Shown here: positions 1-11,048 of the stretch, piece after piece
Position numbering within the stretch: position 1 is the stretch's first letter
How the letters are laid out: each line of letters begins with the position of its first letter
Assembly: GCA_022865885.1 (NCBI GenBank)
Contig: JALHSQ010000055.1
Coordinates: forward strand, 61,618 to 125,617
Direction: 5' to 3'
Source of the DNA: Candidatus Bathyarchaeota archaeon
GTDB taxonomy: Archaea > Thermoproteota > Bathyarchaeia > Bathyarchaeales > Bathycorpusculaceae
DNA: 64,000 nucleotides
Translations under genes and position numbers: made by a program
Notes under the pieces: model-generated
What the model saw: only the letters and a program-made list of their open reading frames with translations
What the model was told of the DNA's origin: nothing
Database searches by the model: none

Positions 1-11
1 CGGAGCTTGCT

Positions 12-1595
12 TTGATGTATCTGCCCTACCTTCAGTTCAAGTCTGGAGAACGATTCTTTCCCGTAGTCATAAGTTACCATCTGAACAACTCTATTCTCAA
101 GTTGAGATCAGGGGAAACCGTTACACCAGTGGACATGTCACCGACAATCAGTGCAATAGCATCCAGAGGCGAAGGTTACTTCTTGGCTAACAAGCTTGGA
201 AACCTGACGGAGATAGCGGCAGACTACGAACAGAAAAGAGCGTCTATTGGCTACACGGTCTATTGCCGAGTCACAAAGGAATCTACATCCATTGTTGTTC
301 AATACTGGTTCTTCTATGCATACAATGACGCACCTCTCAATGTACACGAAGGAGATTGGGAAATGATCCAGATCCTTCTTGACAGTTCTGAGAACCCCGT
401 TTCAGCAGTCTACTCCCAACACCTGCGAGGACAGAGAGCCGCATGGGGCGACGTGGAAAAACTGGAAACTACTCATCCACGAGTCTACGTAGCCAGAGGT
501 TCTCACGCCAACTACTTCCGCCCATACCAAGGCAAATTGGGCCTAGAAGGCGACGAGGTGGGCGCGGATGGGTTCGTTTTGAATCCTTCTGACTTGCAGA
601 TTGTTCTGCTTGGAGAATTAGGATCAGGTGGGCATGGGCCATCTCAAGATTGGCTCGAGTTCGGTGGTCGATGGGGAAACTGGGAAAAGCTGGCTGATGC
701 AGCAGCTGGTTTCGCAGGTCCTTATGGTCCTGGCCAAGGAGACAACTATGAAAGGTGGTCTAACTCCATTTCTTGGGGCCAAAGCGTTTCAGTCGTCGAT
801 GGAACATGGTTTACTTTGAGTTGGTTTGCATCGAATTTCCTGTTGTTCTTCGTATGCGTCACCGTTCTCTTGTGTCTATGGAAGGTGTGGCGTATAGTCA
901 AACTCAAGAAAACTGGCGGTCTCAAGCTTCCTTCACTTTTGGGATCCAGGGCCTCTGCAGGTATAGCCCTCGGAATCATTGCAATGGCATTGACAGTGGG
1001 TGGGATGCTATTGCCGTGGTATACAGTTAGGGCAAACGTCCAGACATCGCTGATCTCAACTCAGGGAGAAGCTGATCTCTTGGTTCTAGACGGTCAAAGA
1101 GGGGTCCTAGTGAACTTGCTGGTCGGTGGCAATGGATTATCTCCAATTTTCAGCCTTCAAATACCCTTAGGCATTCTTCTTCTCGCTGGCATCGTTCTTG
1201 GTCTGTTGGACATAGTTGGAGCAAAAACAGCTAAGGGCCTTGGCAATAAATATCTCATGGGCGGCATAACCTTTTTAGTTGTATTTGTTCTTCTCATCGT
1301 TTTCATCATACAACTAGCTTTCATGATCCAATCCCTGGCAAACGCGATGGGAATGTCCCTTCCTTCTGAGGCTTCAGAGATGGCTAAAACTGTGGCTCAA
1401 CAGCCTCTTCAGGGGACACAAACAAGGACCATTGGCGACTTTGGATTTGTGAATCTATCTTGGGGTTTGGGTCTAGGTGCTTACATGTTTCTTGCCTCTG
1501 CAATAATGAAGCTGGTTGGAGGCATAATCCTCAGAACAACGAAGAGTCTTCAACCGGAAAAGTCACCGTTGCCACCACCGCCTCCACTCACATGA
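12..1595 (+). CDS. Hypothetical membrane protein: N-terminal Vps62/DUF946-like domain (HEGDWE motif), multi-TM C-terminal half, Pro-rich tail. Reading frame is open to the window edge, so the gene may be 5'-partial
   Basis: Motif YWFFYAYNDAPLNVHEGDWEMIQILLD resembles the GDWEH signature of the Vps62/PF06101 family. Long hydrophobic segments follow aa 260. Ends PLPPPPPLT. Confidence 0.45.
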   Translation: MMYLPYLQFKSGERFFPVVISYHLNNSILKLRSGETVTPVDMSPTISAIASRGEGYFLANKLGNLTEIAADYEQKRASIGYTVYCRVTKESTSIVVQYWFFYAYNDAPLNVHEGDWEMIQILLDSSENPVSAVYSQHLRGQRAAWGDVEKLETTHPRVYVARGSHANYFRPYQGKLGLEGDEVGADGFVLNPSDLQIVLLGELGSGGHGPSQDWLEFGGRWGNWEKLADAAAGFAGPYGPGQGDNYERWSNSISWGQSVSVVDGTWFTLSWFASNFLLFFVCVTVLLCLWKVWRIVKLKKTGGLKLPSLLGSRASAGIALGIIAMALTVGGMLLPWYTVRANVQTSLISTQGEADLLVLDGQRGVLVNLLVGGNGLSPIFSLQIPLGILLLAGIVLGLLDIVGAKTAKGLGNKYLMGGITFLVVFVLLIVFIIQLAFMIQSLANAMGMSLPSEASEMAKTVAQQPLQGTQTRTIGDFGFVNLSWGLGLGAYMFLASAIMKLVGGIILRTTKSLQPEKSPLPPPPPLT

Positions 1596-1894
1596 TTGCT
1601 TAAATAAGAGGAAATCATCGCTACTCTGCTTTTTGCCCTCGAAATCAACGCAAGAAATCGGAAAACTACCGTGGTTAACACTGAGAGATTGCGATTCCAT
1701 AGTCCAGAGTGTATTCTGGTAAGAAATCCTGCTGTCGCGAGTGGTAGATGATTCGAGCTCGATTTGAGCAGCGAGAGTGTGTTTGCTTCTAGTGCAGCTG
1801 CGATTATGACTGTACAAGCGCAGAACACCATAGACGGTGAAGTGTATGTTATCAAAACCCGAAACAGATGAAAGAACACATCACGCTTGCACTA

Positions 1895-4804
1895 CTAACT
1901 TCTTGTCTGGTTTTCCTTGTTCTTCCAATATTCCCTGGTTCGTAGAAACTGAATCTTCGCTTTCAACAGATCCATATAGAACTCGCCTTCTTCAGGATGC
2001 ATTTTTCCAAGAATCCTAGATGCCGTTTCAGGGCCTATTCCTTTCACTTCCATTGCTATAATTGCTTTCTTGCCGTAGCTCAAAACAAGATCAGCTGTTC
2101 GTCTGGCCTGAGTCAACTCCTTAAGCTCTTCTTCCATTAATCCCTTCCCACTGTGTCTTTTCGTCAAGATCTCCTGCAAATGCTCAACGTCTTGACCTGG
2201 ATAAAGGAGTGTCAGGAGTCTCGATCCACATTTTCCGCACACAGGCTGTTCTGGTAAGCTCTTAATTCTATTCTCAGTGATCCATTCGTTGCATGACACA
2301 CACGACAATCTAACTGTTCGGGCCTCGATCGTTTTTTTCATCTTGTCAATGTTGCTCAGCAAGATCTCTTCGGGAGCCATCAACTCTGATACATCAGCGT
2401 ATTTCTCAAGAATATGATATGCCAACGGTGTTGGCTTTTCAGCGCGACATGCTGTGCTGATCTTCCATTTTCCACTTCTGATTTCTCTCATTATCTCTTT
2501 GGCCTTTTCAAGATCGACCTTTTCCAATGTTGCCTCACGCAAAGTTTCATCGTATATTGGCGTGTTCGCGAATTGGTGCGACAGTTGGCTCAGTCTTTCA
2601 TATCCCATAGTCTTTCCACGCGGTAGCGCCCCGAACCTAGCAGCCACGAATCTCATCCTGTCGGAGAAAGGAAACTTGGCTTTCAAATAGTCGTTGAAAG
2701 CTTTCTCAACTTCCTCATCTGTCAGATTGAAGAGAGTCGCAGAGATCTTTTTTGCGTCTTCACACGTCAATTTGCGCCTTGTCTCGATTAAAATACGATA
2801 TGCGTCATTCCACCAACCAATTATGATCTCCATGTTTGAAAGTACAGTGTCAAAAATGCCGCCAAGGGTGCGGTTTACGGTTTCGCCGACGCACGAATGC
2901 ACTATTAGATACTTGTCGAAAGCTTCGACGACGATTCTGTTCTGCGTCGGTAGCGGTGCCCCTTGCTTCACGTGGTCTTCTATTTCTCGGACAGCATCGA
3001 GCAAGGAGGCTTTGTCTGTGTTCAGTTTCTCTGCAAGTGTTTCCGCTGCTATCTCGGCATTTCCGTAGTTTCTTAACGCTTCCAAGATTTCTTCTCGCAG
3101 CGCTCCCGTCTCTTGTGCCAGATCGAAAGGCACTGGAATCATCTCACCATCCCAACCTGGAATCGCTGCTAGCGGGTCTTCTGATGGGACAATGTAGACG
3201 TTTCCCGTTTCCTCTTCGATTTGCACGATTCGCCAAACTCTTCCTTTGACGATGAAATTCAGTCCTATGCGGGCATGCAAGGCCATGAATTCGTCGCCTA
3301 GGGTACCGATCTTTCTGTCTGAGATCACGTTGATTATCGGATAACGTTTTTCATCTGGTATCATGCTCAGGTTCTCGTAGTAGTATTGTCTGGTTCTTCG
3401 GTTTCTTCGCAAGTCTTTTCCTTCTTGATCGAATTCTATTTCATCTAGACTGTCTAAGAAGTGTATTACGCTTATGAGAGCATCTTGTGAAAGATGCCGA
3501 TAGGGGTAGGCTTTCCGCAAAGCGGCCAAGACATCTTCTAGGTTCATGGCGCCTTTGTCCATCAGCCACCCGGCAACTTGATGGGCCAAAACGTCTAGAG
3601 CTCCTTCATGAATCAGAAGGGGTTCAAGCTTGTTTTCATAGGCGTTTCTGGTAGCAGCAATGGATTCCAATGTGTCATCTGGAAAGGCCGTCATGATTAT
3701 GCCTTCGGAGAGCTTGTTCAAGCGATGGCCACTGCGTCCTACTCTTTGAATTAGGCTGTTGATCTGCCTCGGTGAGAGGTACTGTACAACCAGATCGACG
3801 TTGCCAATGTCAATGCCTAACTCTAGAGTGCTCGTGCAGATTAGAGACTTCAGGGTTCCCGCCTTGAACTCATCTTCAATCTGTGTACGTTCTTCCTTTG
3901 ACAATGAGCCATGATGAACTGCAATATCTGTTCTCCCAAGCTGATTGAACCTGTAACCTAGCATCTCTGCGTTTTGCCTGCTATTCACAAAGATTAACGT
4001 TGACTTGTGGCTGTCAACGAGTTCAGTTATGCGTCTAACCCTAGCTGCTGCTTCTGGTGACGTCCTAAGCTTTCCAGCCAATTCATAATCGGCATCAGTT
4101 GGATTTGGGTTCTCAACGTGATAAGCATAGCGTTTGTCTAGTGTCGCCTGGATTATCTTGATGGTTCTATTTGTTCCTGCAACAAAACCTGCAACTTCTT
4201 CAGGATTACCCACAGTGGCTGACAACCCAATTCTCTGGTATTCGCCTCCCGCTGCGTTGCTTAAACGTTCCAATGCTACTGTAAGCTGGACTCCTCGTTT
4301 GCTTGATGCGAGTTCATGCACTTCGTCGATGATGACGAATTGGGGGTGGCTCAAGTGTTGTCTCATGCGTTTGCCTGGGAGAATAGCTTGCAGAGTTTCT
4401 GGAGTTGTCACAAGCATCTGGGGAGGAGAGATTGCTTGCTTTCTGCGGCTTTTCACATCAGTATCGCCGTGTCTGATCTCGATTGAAATGCCAAGCCTGT
4501 TAGCCCAAAAATCAAGGCGCTTCAACAAATCTCGGTTTAAGGCTCTAAGCGGGGTTACGTATACAACCGATATTCCCTTTTTTCCTTCCTGTTGGACCAG
4601 TTTGGAGAAGATCGGCAAGAGAACTGCTTCCGTCTTCCCGCTACCAGTAGGCGCAATCAAGAGTATATTTTCTCCATCAAGAATCTGCGGAATCGCCAGT
4701 GTCTGTGGTAGAGTCGGTTCTGAGAATTCCAGTTCGGCTAAGGCCTCACGTACTGGTTTGGCAAGGAGTTGGAAGACGTTAGGATTTGGATTCTTCGCGT
4801 GCAT
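1895..4804 (-). CDS. lhr: Lhr-type large ATP-dependent helicase (superfamily 2, DEAD/DEAH box)
   Basis: Motif I APTGSGKTEA, motif II DEVHE and SAT motif III are present. The 969-aa length and C-terminal Lhr-specific region match archaeal Lhr. Confidence 0.85.
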   Translation of the reverse strand: MHAKNPNPNVFQLLAKPVREALAELEFSEPTLPQTLAIPQILDGENILLIAPTGSGKTEAVLLPIFSKLVQQEGKKGISVVYVTPLRALNRDLLKRLDFWANRLGISIEIRHGDTDVKSRRKQAISPPQMLVTTPETLQAILPGKRMRQHLSHPQFVIIDEVHELASSKRGVQLTVALERLSNAAGGEYQRIGLSATVGNPEEVAGFVAGTNRTIKIIQATLDKRYAYHVENPNPTDADYELAGKLRTSPEAAARVRRITELVDSHKSTLIFVNSRQNAEMLGYRFNQLGRTDIAVHHGSLSKEERTQIEDEFKAGTLKSLICTSTLELGIDIGNVDLVVQYLSPRQINSLIQRVGRSGHRLNKLSEGIIMTAFPDDTLESIAATRNAYENKLEPLLIHEGALDVLAHQVAGWLMDKGAMNLEDVLAALRKAYPYRHLSQDALISVIHFLDSLDEIEFDQEGKDLRRNRRTRQYYYENLSMIPDEKRYPIINVISDRKIGTLGDEFMALHARIGLNFIVKGRVWRIVQIEEETGNVYIVPSEDPLAAIPGWDGEMIPVPFDLAQETGALREEILEALRNYGNAEIAAETLAEKLNTDKASLLDAVREIEDHVKQGAPLPTQNRIVVEAFDKYLIVHSCVGETVNRTLGGIFDTVLSNMEIIIGWWNDAYRILIETRRKLTCEDAKKISATLFNLTDEEVEKAFNDYLKAKFPFSDRMRFVAARFGALPRGKTMGYERLSQLSHQFANTPIYDETLREATLEKVDLEKAKEIMREIRSGKWKISTACRAEKPTPLAYHILEKYADVSELMAPEEILLSNIDKMKKTIEARTVRLSCVSCNEWITENRIKSLPEQPVCGKCGSRLLTLLYPGQDVEHLQEILTKRHSGKGLMEEELKELTQARRTADLVLSYGKKAIIAMEVKGIGPETASRILGKMHPEEGEFYMDLLKAKIQFLRTREYWKNKENQTRS

Positions 4805-4848
4805 TGGTGAATGCCTAGAATCCTAAAGTTGTAGAAGGGTTTATTCTT

Positions 4849-5634
4849 TTACGTTGGAACCGGAAAAGAAAGTCTAAGGCCAACGTCCTCTTGATATTGA
4901 ATCGAAATTCTCTCCCTAAATCTGCCATCTTCAAGAATACCGCTGAACTCTTCGACTAACGGTTCTTTCCTAGAACAGAAGACTACTTCGTTTTGGTCAT
5001 TGGCCCATATTGTCAAGCCTCTTGTCTTTCCTTTGTGAATGAAATGCAAGTAAGCGTCTTCTCCGCGCATCAGCAAAATGCAGATTGCCCCAGAACCATG
5101 AATCGCACAGAAAAGCGCGTTCAAGGCCTCATTTACTTCTCCCTTTTCGCTTAGTAGTTCATCGAAAAGATGTGGGATCACTTCTGAGTCGATAAGCTCC
5201 ACTTTTTCAGACTCAAGAACGGGGGTCTCTCTGAGACTCTTTCTGAGTTCCTGATAATTCTCCACCTTACCATTATGGATTGAGACGATCTTCCACTTCT
5301 TGTTTCGTTGGACGAAGTAAGGCTGCGCCGTTTCCTTGAACCTTGCATTGTCCATAAACTCAGGACTTGGCATCCGCACATGAGCAACCAAAACACGTGT
5401 TTCCCCGGTTTTGACGGTACTTGCCAGCAGTCTTGCTGGAGATACTTCACCAGGTTTCCCGATTTTTTCAAGCGCGATTCCTCCATCGCTTTGTAGGAAA
5501 GCTAGACCTGCACCGTATCCCCCAACCGGTCTTGGTTCATATGGATACTGATGGACTTCCAGTTTTTCAAGGACTTTAAGAGCGTCAGCTAGAGGTCTTG
5601 GTTTCTTGAGTGCAAAGCCAAATATCCCACACAT
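4849..5634 (-). CDS. Class II (Ntn-type) glutamine amidotransferase domain protein
   Basis: N-terminal MCGIFG with the catalytic Cys2 is typical of the GATase class II fold (GlmS/PurF/AsnB N-domain). The 261-aa stand-alone domain has no synthase half. Confidence 0.65.
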   Translation of the reverse strand: MCGIFGFALKKPRPLADALKVLEKLEVHQYPYEPRPVGGYGAGLAFLQSDGGIALEKIGKPGEVSPARLLASTVKTGETRVLVAHVRMPSPEFMDNARFKETAQPYFVQRNKKWKIVSIHNGKVENYQELRKSLRETPVLESEKVELIDSEVIPHLFDELLSEKGEVNEALNALFCAIHGSGAICILLMRGEDAYLHFIHKGKTRGLTIWANDQNEVVFCSRKEPLVEEFSGILEDGRFRERISIQYQEDVGLRLSFPVPT

Positions 5635-6098
5635 CTAGCGTCGCTTCTTCAACAGTATTCCGACTTCTCTTTATTCGATATACGGTTAGCTTAACCTTTT
5701 GTTGCTGCTAGCATTGATTTGGCGAACTTGCTCTATGATAGGTTTGCAATATTGCCGTTTTCAGAGAGAGGGACGTTTGGAATGCTCATATGGCTCTAGT
5801 AGGCTTGTTGTAATCATGGTTTTGCATGTATTCGTTGTTAAGCATGTTAAGCACACCTTCATCGTGGCTGCAAGAGCTGAATTCGCAGATATCCAAGAAC
5901 CTACCAGTATTAGCGTTCAAAAGATTCTTTTGATTTTTTTTCAACTCTTCCTCAAAGAATAGCATAATGTGACATTACAATACAGGATTCGTGTGAAATC
6001 GCTCCGTTTGTCTGAAATCAGGATTTCCATTTCATATGAGTTAAAAGCATCTGTCCGCGACTACTTTCCATGAATAACACGTTACGGAAGCTGCTGAA

Positions 6099-8966
6099 AT
6101 GTCGTCTCTGGACTTGATGAGCAGCATCGTTGGGTTAGCGTCGGCTGCGATATGGTTTGCCTCTGCCTTTCTTGTGTATCGTAAGAGGCACATTAGGCCA
6201 TACATTCCGCTGTTTCTTCTGTTCTGGGGCTGCGCTTCTTTTCTGGACGTACTTTACAAATTTCTCCATGAGCCTTTGGTGGCGGCTTCTTTTTACTCAT
6301 CCTGCTTTTTTGCTTTCATATTCATCGCCAAATCTATCTCAGAGCCACTGGGAAATCATGTTTGGACAAAGTCTGCGGATTCATCCAAGACTAGAAGGCT
6401 GAGACTTGATCTAGCTTCATTTATTATGACCTATGCAGCAATGATGGGTCTAGCAGCATTTGTCCCAGGCGCCATATCGACTCAAAGGATGGTGGCAGAT
6501 TGGTATTTTGTAGGTACAATTGGTTTCTTCATCAGTTATTATCCTGTGTTTTCTTGGATTTTCTGGAGGTATTGGAAACTCAGAGAAACGATTGCAAAAG
6601 CTTCTACGATAACAGGCCACAAGCTGGTGGTCGGTTCATTCATCATCGGCTTCTTTATGTTTCCGCTTGTGACGGCCTTCCAGTTCGGCACTTCACTTTT
6701 GCCAGAATGGATTGTAGACACTTTGGTTGCGGTGCTTACGGTAACAATAATCACTCCTTCGATAATGCTTGGCGAGAGCAGATCATCTTTCGACCGCCTT
6801 TATTGGGCGTTCTCAAACAAGAGACAGCTCGAACTCCTAAGAATCGCCGTTCAGCAGAGTACCGATGGCATAGCGATAACGGATATGTCTGGTCGAATCA
6901 TCTTCACCAACTCTGGTTGGGAGCAAATGCATGGATACGAAAAAGATGAGTCGTTAGGCAAGAATCTTAGTGCCATTCAAGACAAACCGTTGCAAAAAAC
7001 TGGAACTGCACCAAAGACACTATTGTCGGAGGGTTCGTGGACAAGAGAAATCAATCATTCGAAGAAGGATGGCACGGTATTTCCAGCACTAACCACGATG
7101 AGTCTTCTGAAAGACATCGAAGGAAAACCACTGGCTACTCTTACCATTAGTAGAGACATAACTGAACGCAAGCGGACAGAGCGAATATTGAGGGAAAGTG
7201 AAGCAAGATACCGAGACCTTTCCGCAAGACTGGAGAGCCTGATGAGAAGTTCAGCAGTCATGCTTCGCACCGTGGACTTGCGCAAAAGGCTCAAGGCTAT
7301 CGCCGAAGCCGTCCATGAACAAGGCTGGGGTAGAGTAGTAATATCCTTGAGAGACGAAAATCTAAACACCATAGACGTGGTGACTGCTGGTTTAAGCTCA
7401 AGAGAGGAGATCTATTTGATGGAGCATCAGTCGCCAGGACACGTGTGGCGAGAACGTTTAGGTTCTTTGTTTGAACGTTATCGCATAGGCGATTTCTACT
7501 ATCTTCCTTGGAACGATCCTCTTGTCCAAGACCAATTCAAGAACGTGCTTCCCAGCAAGGTATCTAAGAAGGAAGTGATTGACTGGAACCCAGATGATCT
7601 GTTGTACATTCCCCTGCAATTGCCTACAGGGCAAGTGGTAGGCATAATGAGCATGGATGATCCGGCAAGCGGTCGACGTCCCACAAAGGACTCGCTTGCT
7701 CCTATCGAGCTATTCGCTCATCAAGCCGCTGCAGCTATAGAAAATGCGCGTCTGGTTCAGGAGCTGAACCAAGCGAAAAATCAATTGAGTGAATACTCAA
7801 CACGTCTCGAAGAAAAAGTTGAAGAGAAGGCGACTGATTTGAGGAGAAGCGAAGAGAAGCTCAGAAGCATGATTGCGGCTTCTCCCGATGCTATGTTCGC
7901 GGTTGATCTTAATGGGAACATAATCGAATGCAATGATCAACTGTGGAAAATGCATGGCTATTCTTCTGGAAAAGAGGTAATGGGCAAAAACTGTCTTGAG
8001 TTGGTGCCCAAAAGAGATCACTCAAAGATCAGGGAATTCATGAAGCTTATCATGAAACAAGGTTCAATCAGAAACAGAGAATGCGCTTTTCTGACGAAGT
8101 ATGGTCACGAATTCGCAGGAGAGATTTCCGCAAGTCTTATCCAGACTGAGACTGGCGGACCAACAGGTTTCGTGGCAATAACCAAAGACTTGACTGAGCG
8201 CAAACAAATGGAGCAGCAGCTTCTCAAATCAGAGAAATTCGCTGCCATCGGAGAATTAGCCACCATGATCGGACATGACTTGCGAAATCCACTTACAGGC
8301 ATTAATAATGCAACGTACTACCTGAAAACAAGATACGGCGCAAGGCTGGATTCTAAGGGAATGGAGATGCTTGAACTCACTGAGAAGTGTATCGAATATT
8401 CCAACAAAATCGTTGACGATCTCTTGGAATACTCGCGAGACATACGATTGGATACGACGATTGTCACCCTTAGATCTATGATAGAAGACTCTCTGTCAAT
8501 CCTTGCAATCCCAAAGACAATTCAAGTCGTAAACTTGACGAAAAACAAGCCAATGGTTAAGGTTGATCCGGGAAGACTCAAGAGAGCATTCATCAACATC
8601 ATCAAGAACGCCATAGATGCCATGCCTAGAGGGGGCACCCTAACAATAAGGAATAGAATATCGAATGACAACGTGGAGTTTCTCTTTGTTGACACGGGAA
8701 TGGGTATGCCGAAAGATCTGATTGAAAAGCTCTTCACTCCACTGTTCACAACAAAGGCGAAGGGGATGGGTTTTGGTCTAGCGATATGCAAACGCATAGT
8801 CGAAGCGCATGGAGGCAAAATCACAGTAGCAAGCTCGATAGGTAAAGGAACCACATTCACCGTAACGATACCTATCAATCACAGGTCAACGGAAGACGAG
8901 AACGTATTCGTGGAGTTGCCTAAATCCCCGTCACTGGATACAAGACCCGTCAGGGAATGCAAATAA
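6099..8966 (+). CDS. Multi-domain sensor histidine kinase: N-terminal approx 7-TM sensor, several PAS/GAF modules, HisKA and HATPase_c
   Basis: H-box IGHDLRNPLT, N-box IKNAIDAM, G-boxes DTGMGMP and GMGFGLAICKRIVEAHGG. The PAS domains show repeated PAS-like blocks such as ITDMSGRIIFTNSGWEQMHGY and VDLNGNIIECNDQLWKMHGY. No adjacent response regulator. Confidence 0.85.
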   Translation: MSSLDLMSSIVGLASAAIWFASAFLVYRKRHIRPYIPLFLLFWGCASFLDVLYKFLHEPLVAASFYSSCFFAFIFIAKSISEPLGNHVWTKSADSSKTRRLRLDLASFIMTYAAMMGLAAFVPGAISTQRMVADWYFVGTIGFFISYYPVFSWIFWRYWKLRETIAKASTITGHKLVVGSFIIGFFMFPLVTAFQFGTSLLPEWIVDTLVAVLTVTIITPSIMLGESRSSFDRLYWAFSNKRQLELLRIAVQQSTDGIAITDMSGRIIFTNSGWEQMHGYEKDESLGKNLSAIQDKPLQKTGTAPKTLLSEGSWTREINHSKKDGTVFPALTTMSLLKDIEGKPLATLTISRDITERKRTERILRESEARYRDLSARLESLMRSSAVMLRTVDLRKRLKAIAEAVHEQGWGRVVISLRDENLNTIDVVTAGLSSREEIYLMEHQSPGHVWRERLGSLFERYRIGDFYYLPWNDPLVQDQFKNVLPSKVSKKEVIDWNPDDLLYIPLQLPTGQVVGIMSMDDPASGRRPTKDSLAPIELFAHQAAAAIENARLVQELNQAKNQLSEYSTRLEEKVEEKATDLRRSEEKLRSMIAASPDAMFAVDLNGNIIECNDQLWKMHGYSSGKEVMGKNCLELVPKRDHSKIREFMKLIMKQGSIRNRECAFLTKYGHEFAGEISASLIQTETGGPTGFVAITKDLTERKQMEQQLLKSEKFAAIGELATMIGHDLRNPLTGINNATYYLKTRYGARLDSKGMEMLELTEKCIEYSNKIVDDLLEYSRDIRLDTTIVTLRSMIEDSLSILAIPKTIQVVNLTKNKPMVKVDPGRLKRAFINIIKNAIDAMPRGGTLTIRNRISNDNVEFLFVDTGMGMPKDLIEKLFTPLFTTKAKGMGFGLAICKRIVEAHGGKITVASSIGKGTTFTVTIPINHRSTEDENVFVELPKSPSLDTRPVRECK

Positions 8967-9154
8967 AGCAGGAAGATCACTCAAGAAGCTGGACGATGAG
9001 GTAATCGAGGTACGCGGACGCCTTGCGGATGACGTCTTTTTCCGCTCCTGAGTCCAAAACAGCTAAGAGAATAGTAGAGTGAAATTGGGGAAAAATCGAT
9101 CGGGTTTTCTATGCTTTTTCCGGTTGGGGCAAAGAAAGGAGAAGGGAGAAGGTT

Positions 9155-9373
9155 CTAGCGTTCTTGAGATCCGGTTATGTAGGCCCAAACGCTCACTAGG
9201 ACAAGTGTTAGACAGGCACCGGCAAATCCAGATAGCAAGTATCTAGCGCTGAGGAATGACGGTAGGATAGTCATCAGAGCCGGGATCACGTATGCTGAAG
9301 TTAGGTCTGCTACGACTCCTGCAAAGAACCCCAAGATAGCCACCAATATGAAGATCTTTATTCTTTCACCCAT
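9155..9373 (-). CDS. Small two-TM membrane protein (hypothetical)
   Basis: 72 aa with two hydrophobic helices. No recognisable motifs. Confidence 0.25.
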   Translation of the reverse strand: MGERIKIFILVAILGFFAGVVADLTSAYVIPALMTILPSFLSARYLLSGFAGACLTLVLVSVWAYITGSQER

Positions 9374-9563
9374 TCAATTCACCTTTTGAATAGCAATTCA
9401 ATTCACGCCTCTTTTTAGTCTAACTTACACATTTTTGTCTATTACGCCAAAACCAGCAACCTGCTCTTTTAGTTATTGAATTAAAGCCTAAAAACATTTT
9501 CACTCTGCCATATAGCCCCACATATATACCCGCATGTTTCCAACATATTAACAACGTATAAGA

Positions 9564-10268
9564 TTGTTCCGTGCGACCTCTGTTCTGGAGGTAATTAACT
9601 TGTCAGAGAGATTCGCGAAAAAATGGGAAACTAGAAGAGAAGAACAACCATTCACAAACCGCATTAAAGAGGCAGTAAAGCCACCAGGACCGCTGAAACC
9701 AAGATTGGACTTTGCCGTCAGACGCATAGAACTGCAAGTGCAAAAACTGGACCAAGCAACCGACAGATTCGGCCAACGGGACAAGACAATTTTCGCTAGA
9801 ATAGTTGACGCTTACACGAAGCATGACACTGCACGCGCAAACGTGTTTGCCAACGAGTTAGCAGAAATACGCAAGATGGAAAGACTCATAATAAATGCAA
9901 GACTCGCGCTTGAACAGATAGTATTGAGACTACGTACAGTGGCAGAGCTTGGAGATGTTGTCTCCACATTAGGACCAGCAGTTGGAGTCTTGAGATCAGT
10001 CAGAGCAGGTCTAGTGAGCGTTTTCCCTGAAGCTGAAAATGAACTTGGCGAAATAGGCAATATGCTGAGCGGAATAATGATGGAGGCCGGCCAGGGTTCA
10101 GGCATGACACTAAACTTTGCCTCAGTGAATGAGGATGCTTCCCAAATACTTACAGAAGCATCAACAGTTGCGGAGCAGAGAATCAAAGAGAAATTCCCGG
10201 ACTTGCCCCCAGGAATGCCAGGAATCCCAACGAGCGCAATAGGCGAAAAGACCACCGAAACCTCGTAA
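9564..10268 (+). CDS. cdvB: ESCRT-III/Snf7-family protein (CdvB paralog 1) with Pro-rich MIM2-like C-terminus
   Basis: Snf7-like helical core (ANVFANELAEIRKMERLIINARLALEQIVLRL). C-terminal DLPPGMPGIP proline motif. Sits in a cdv locus with CdvA and Vps4. Confidence 0.7.
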   Translation: MFRATSVLEVINLSERFAKKWETRREEQPFTNRIKEAVKPPGPLKPRLDFAVRRIELQVQKLDQATDRFGQRDKTIFARIVDAYTKHDTARANVFANELAEIRKMERLIINARLALEQIVLRLRTVAELGDVVSTLGPAVGVLRSVRAGLVSVFPEAENELGEIGNMLSGIMMEAGQGSGMTLNFASVNEDASQILTEASTVAEQRIKEKFPDLPPGMPGIPTSAIGEKTTETS

Positions 10269-10286
10269 GAGTGAGGATGGAGAAAA

Positions 10287-11027
10287 ATGTCGCAAAACTC
10301 CAATCTTTTTCTTTTTGTTGGAAAGCAAGTTGAGGACGAATACGGACGCGTGATTGGTAAAGTAGCAACCTTCGTCGTGACTCCTAGCGGAAGATTCGAT
10401 TCTGTATTTATGGAGCAAGGTGACGGACGATTCATAAAGCACTCTGTAGAACACTTGAAAGTCGATGGTACCGGAGTAACCCTTCTCTCAAAGATGAAAT
10501 CAGAAGCAGGAATTCTCTGTGACCACATTCCCCTCATATGGCGCAAAGACCAAGCCCTTCACGAATTGTCTGGAAAGAAGAAAATCTCACCCGAACTCTA
10601 CGATCAACTGCATAATTGCTTCGACGGCGCACTTACCCAACTGAAAAGCGAAGCCCAAAAACTTGGAGAAGACATAGACAAAGAGATCAGCAGGTGTGCT
10701 GAAGAGATCAAGGCGCTGAACTATGCATTAATACATCTTGAAATTGAACGCGAAGTAGGGAAGATAGATGACAAAAACTATGAATCAGCCTTCACCATAA
10801 TCCAAGACAACCTCAAACACGTCAACCTAGAAAAAAGCGACCTGGAAGTGACAAAGAACAAGCTCTCCAACATTCTGCTGGGCGACAAGCTAGGCAAAGT
10901 TGAGAACATAGGCACAAAAGCAAAAGAACAGATCTCCAGAAGCTCCACTGTAGCCTATTCCTCTCCAGAGCTTCCAGAGCCACCCGTGGTCGTGTACGTG
11001 AAGGAAATCGGAAAGACTGGAATATAG
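10287..11027 (+). CDS. cdvA: CdvA cell-division protein (PRC-barrel N-domain, coiled coil, C-terminal ESCRT-III-binding tail)
   Basis: PRC-barrel-like N-terminus (LFVGKQVEDEYGRVIGKVATFVV), long coiled coil, C-terminal PELPEPPVVVYVKEIG tail. Flanked by CdvB paralogs and Vps4. Confidence 0.7.
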   Translation: MSQNSNLFLFVGKQVEDEYGRVIGKVATFVVTPSGRFDSVFMEQGDGRFIKHSVEHLKVDGTGVTLLSKMKSEAGILCDHIPLIWRKDQALHELSGKKKISPELYDQLHNCFDGALTQLKSEAQKLGEDIDKEISRCAEEIKALNYALIHLEIEREVGKIDDKNYESAFTIIQDNLKHVNLEKSDLEVTKNKLSNILLGDKLGKVENIGTKAKEQISRSSTVAYSSPELPEPPVVVYVKEIGKTGI

Positions 11028-11048
11028 CCAACCACAAGAAGATGACGG

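Noticed and set aside
2414-4826. Several 70-230-aa plus-strand ORFs
   Set aside because: All antisense to the well-supported Lhr helicase gene. No motifs.
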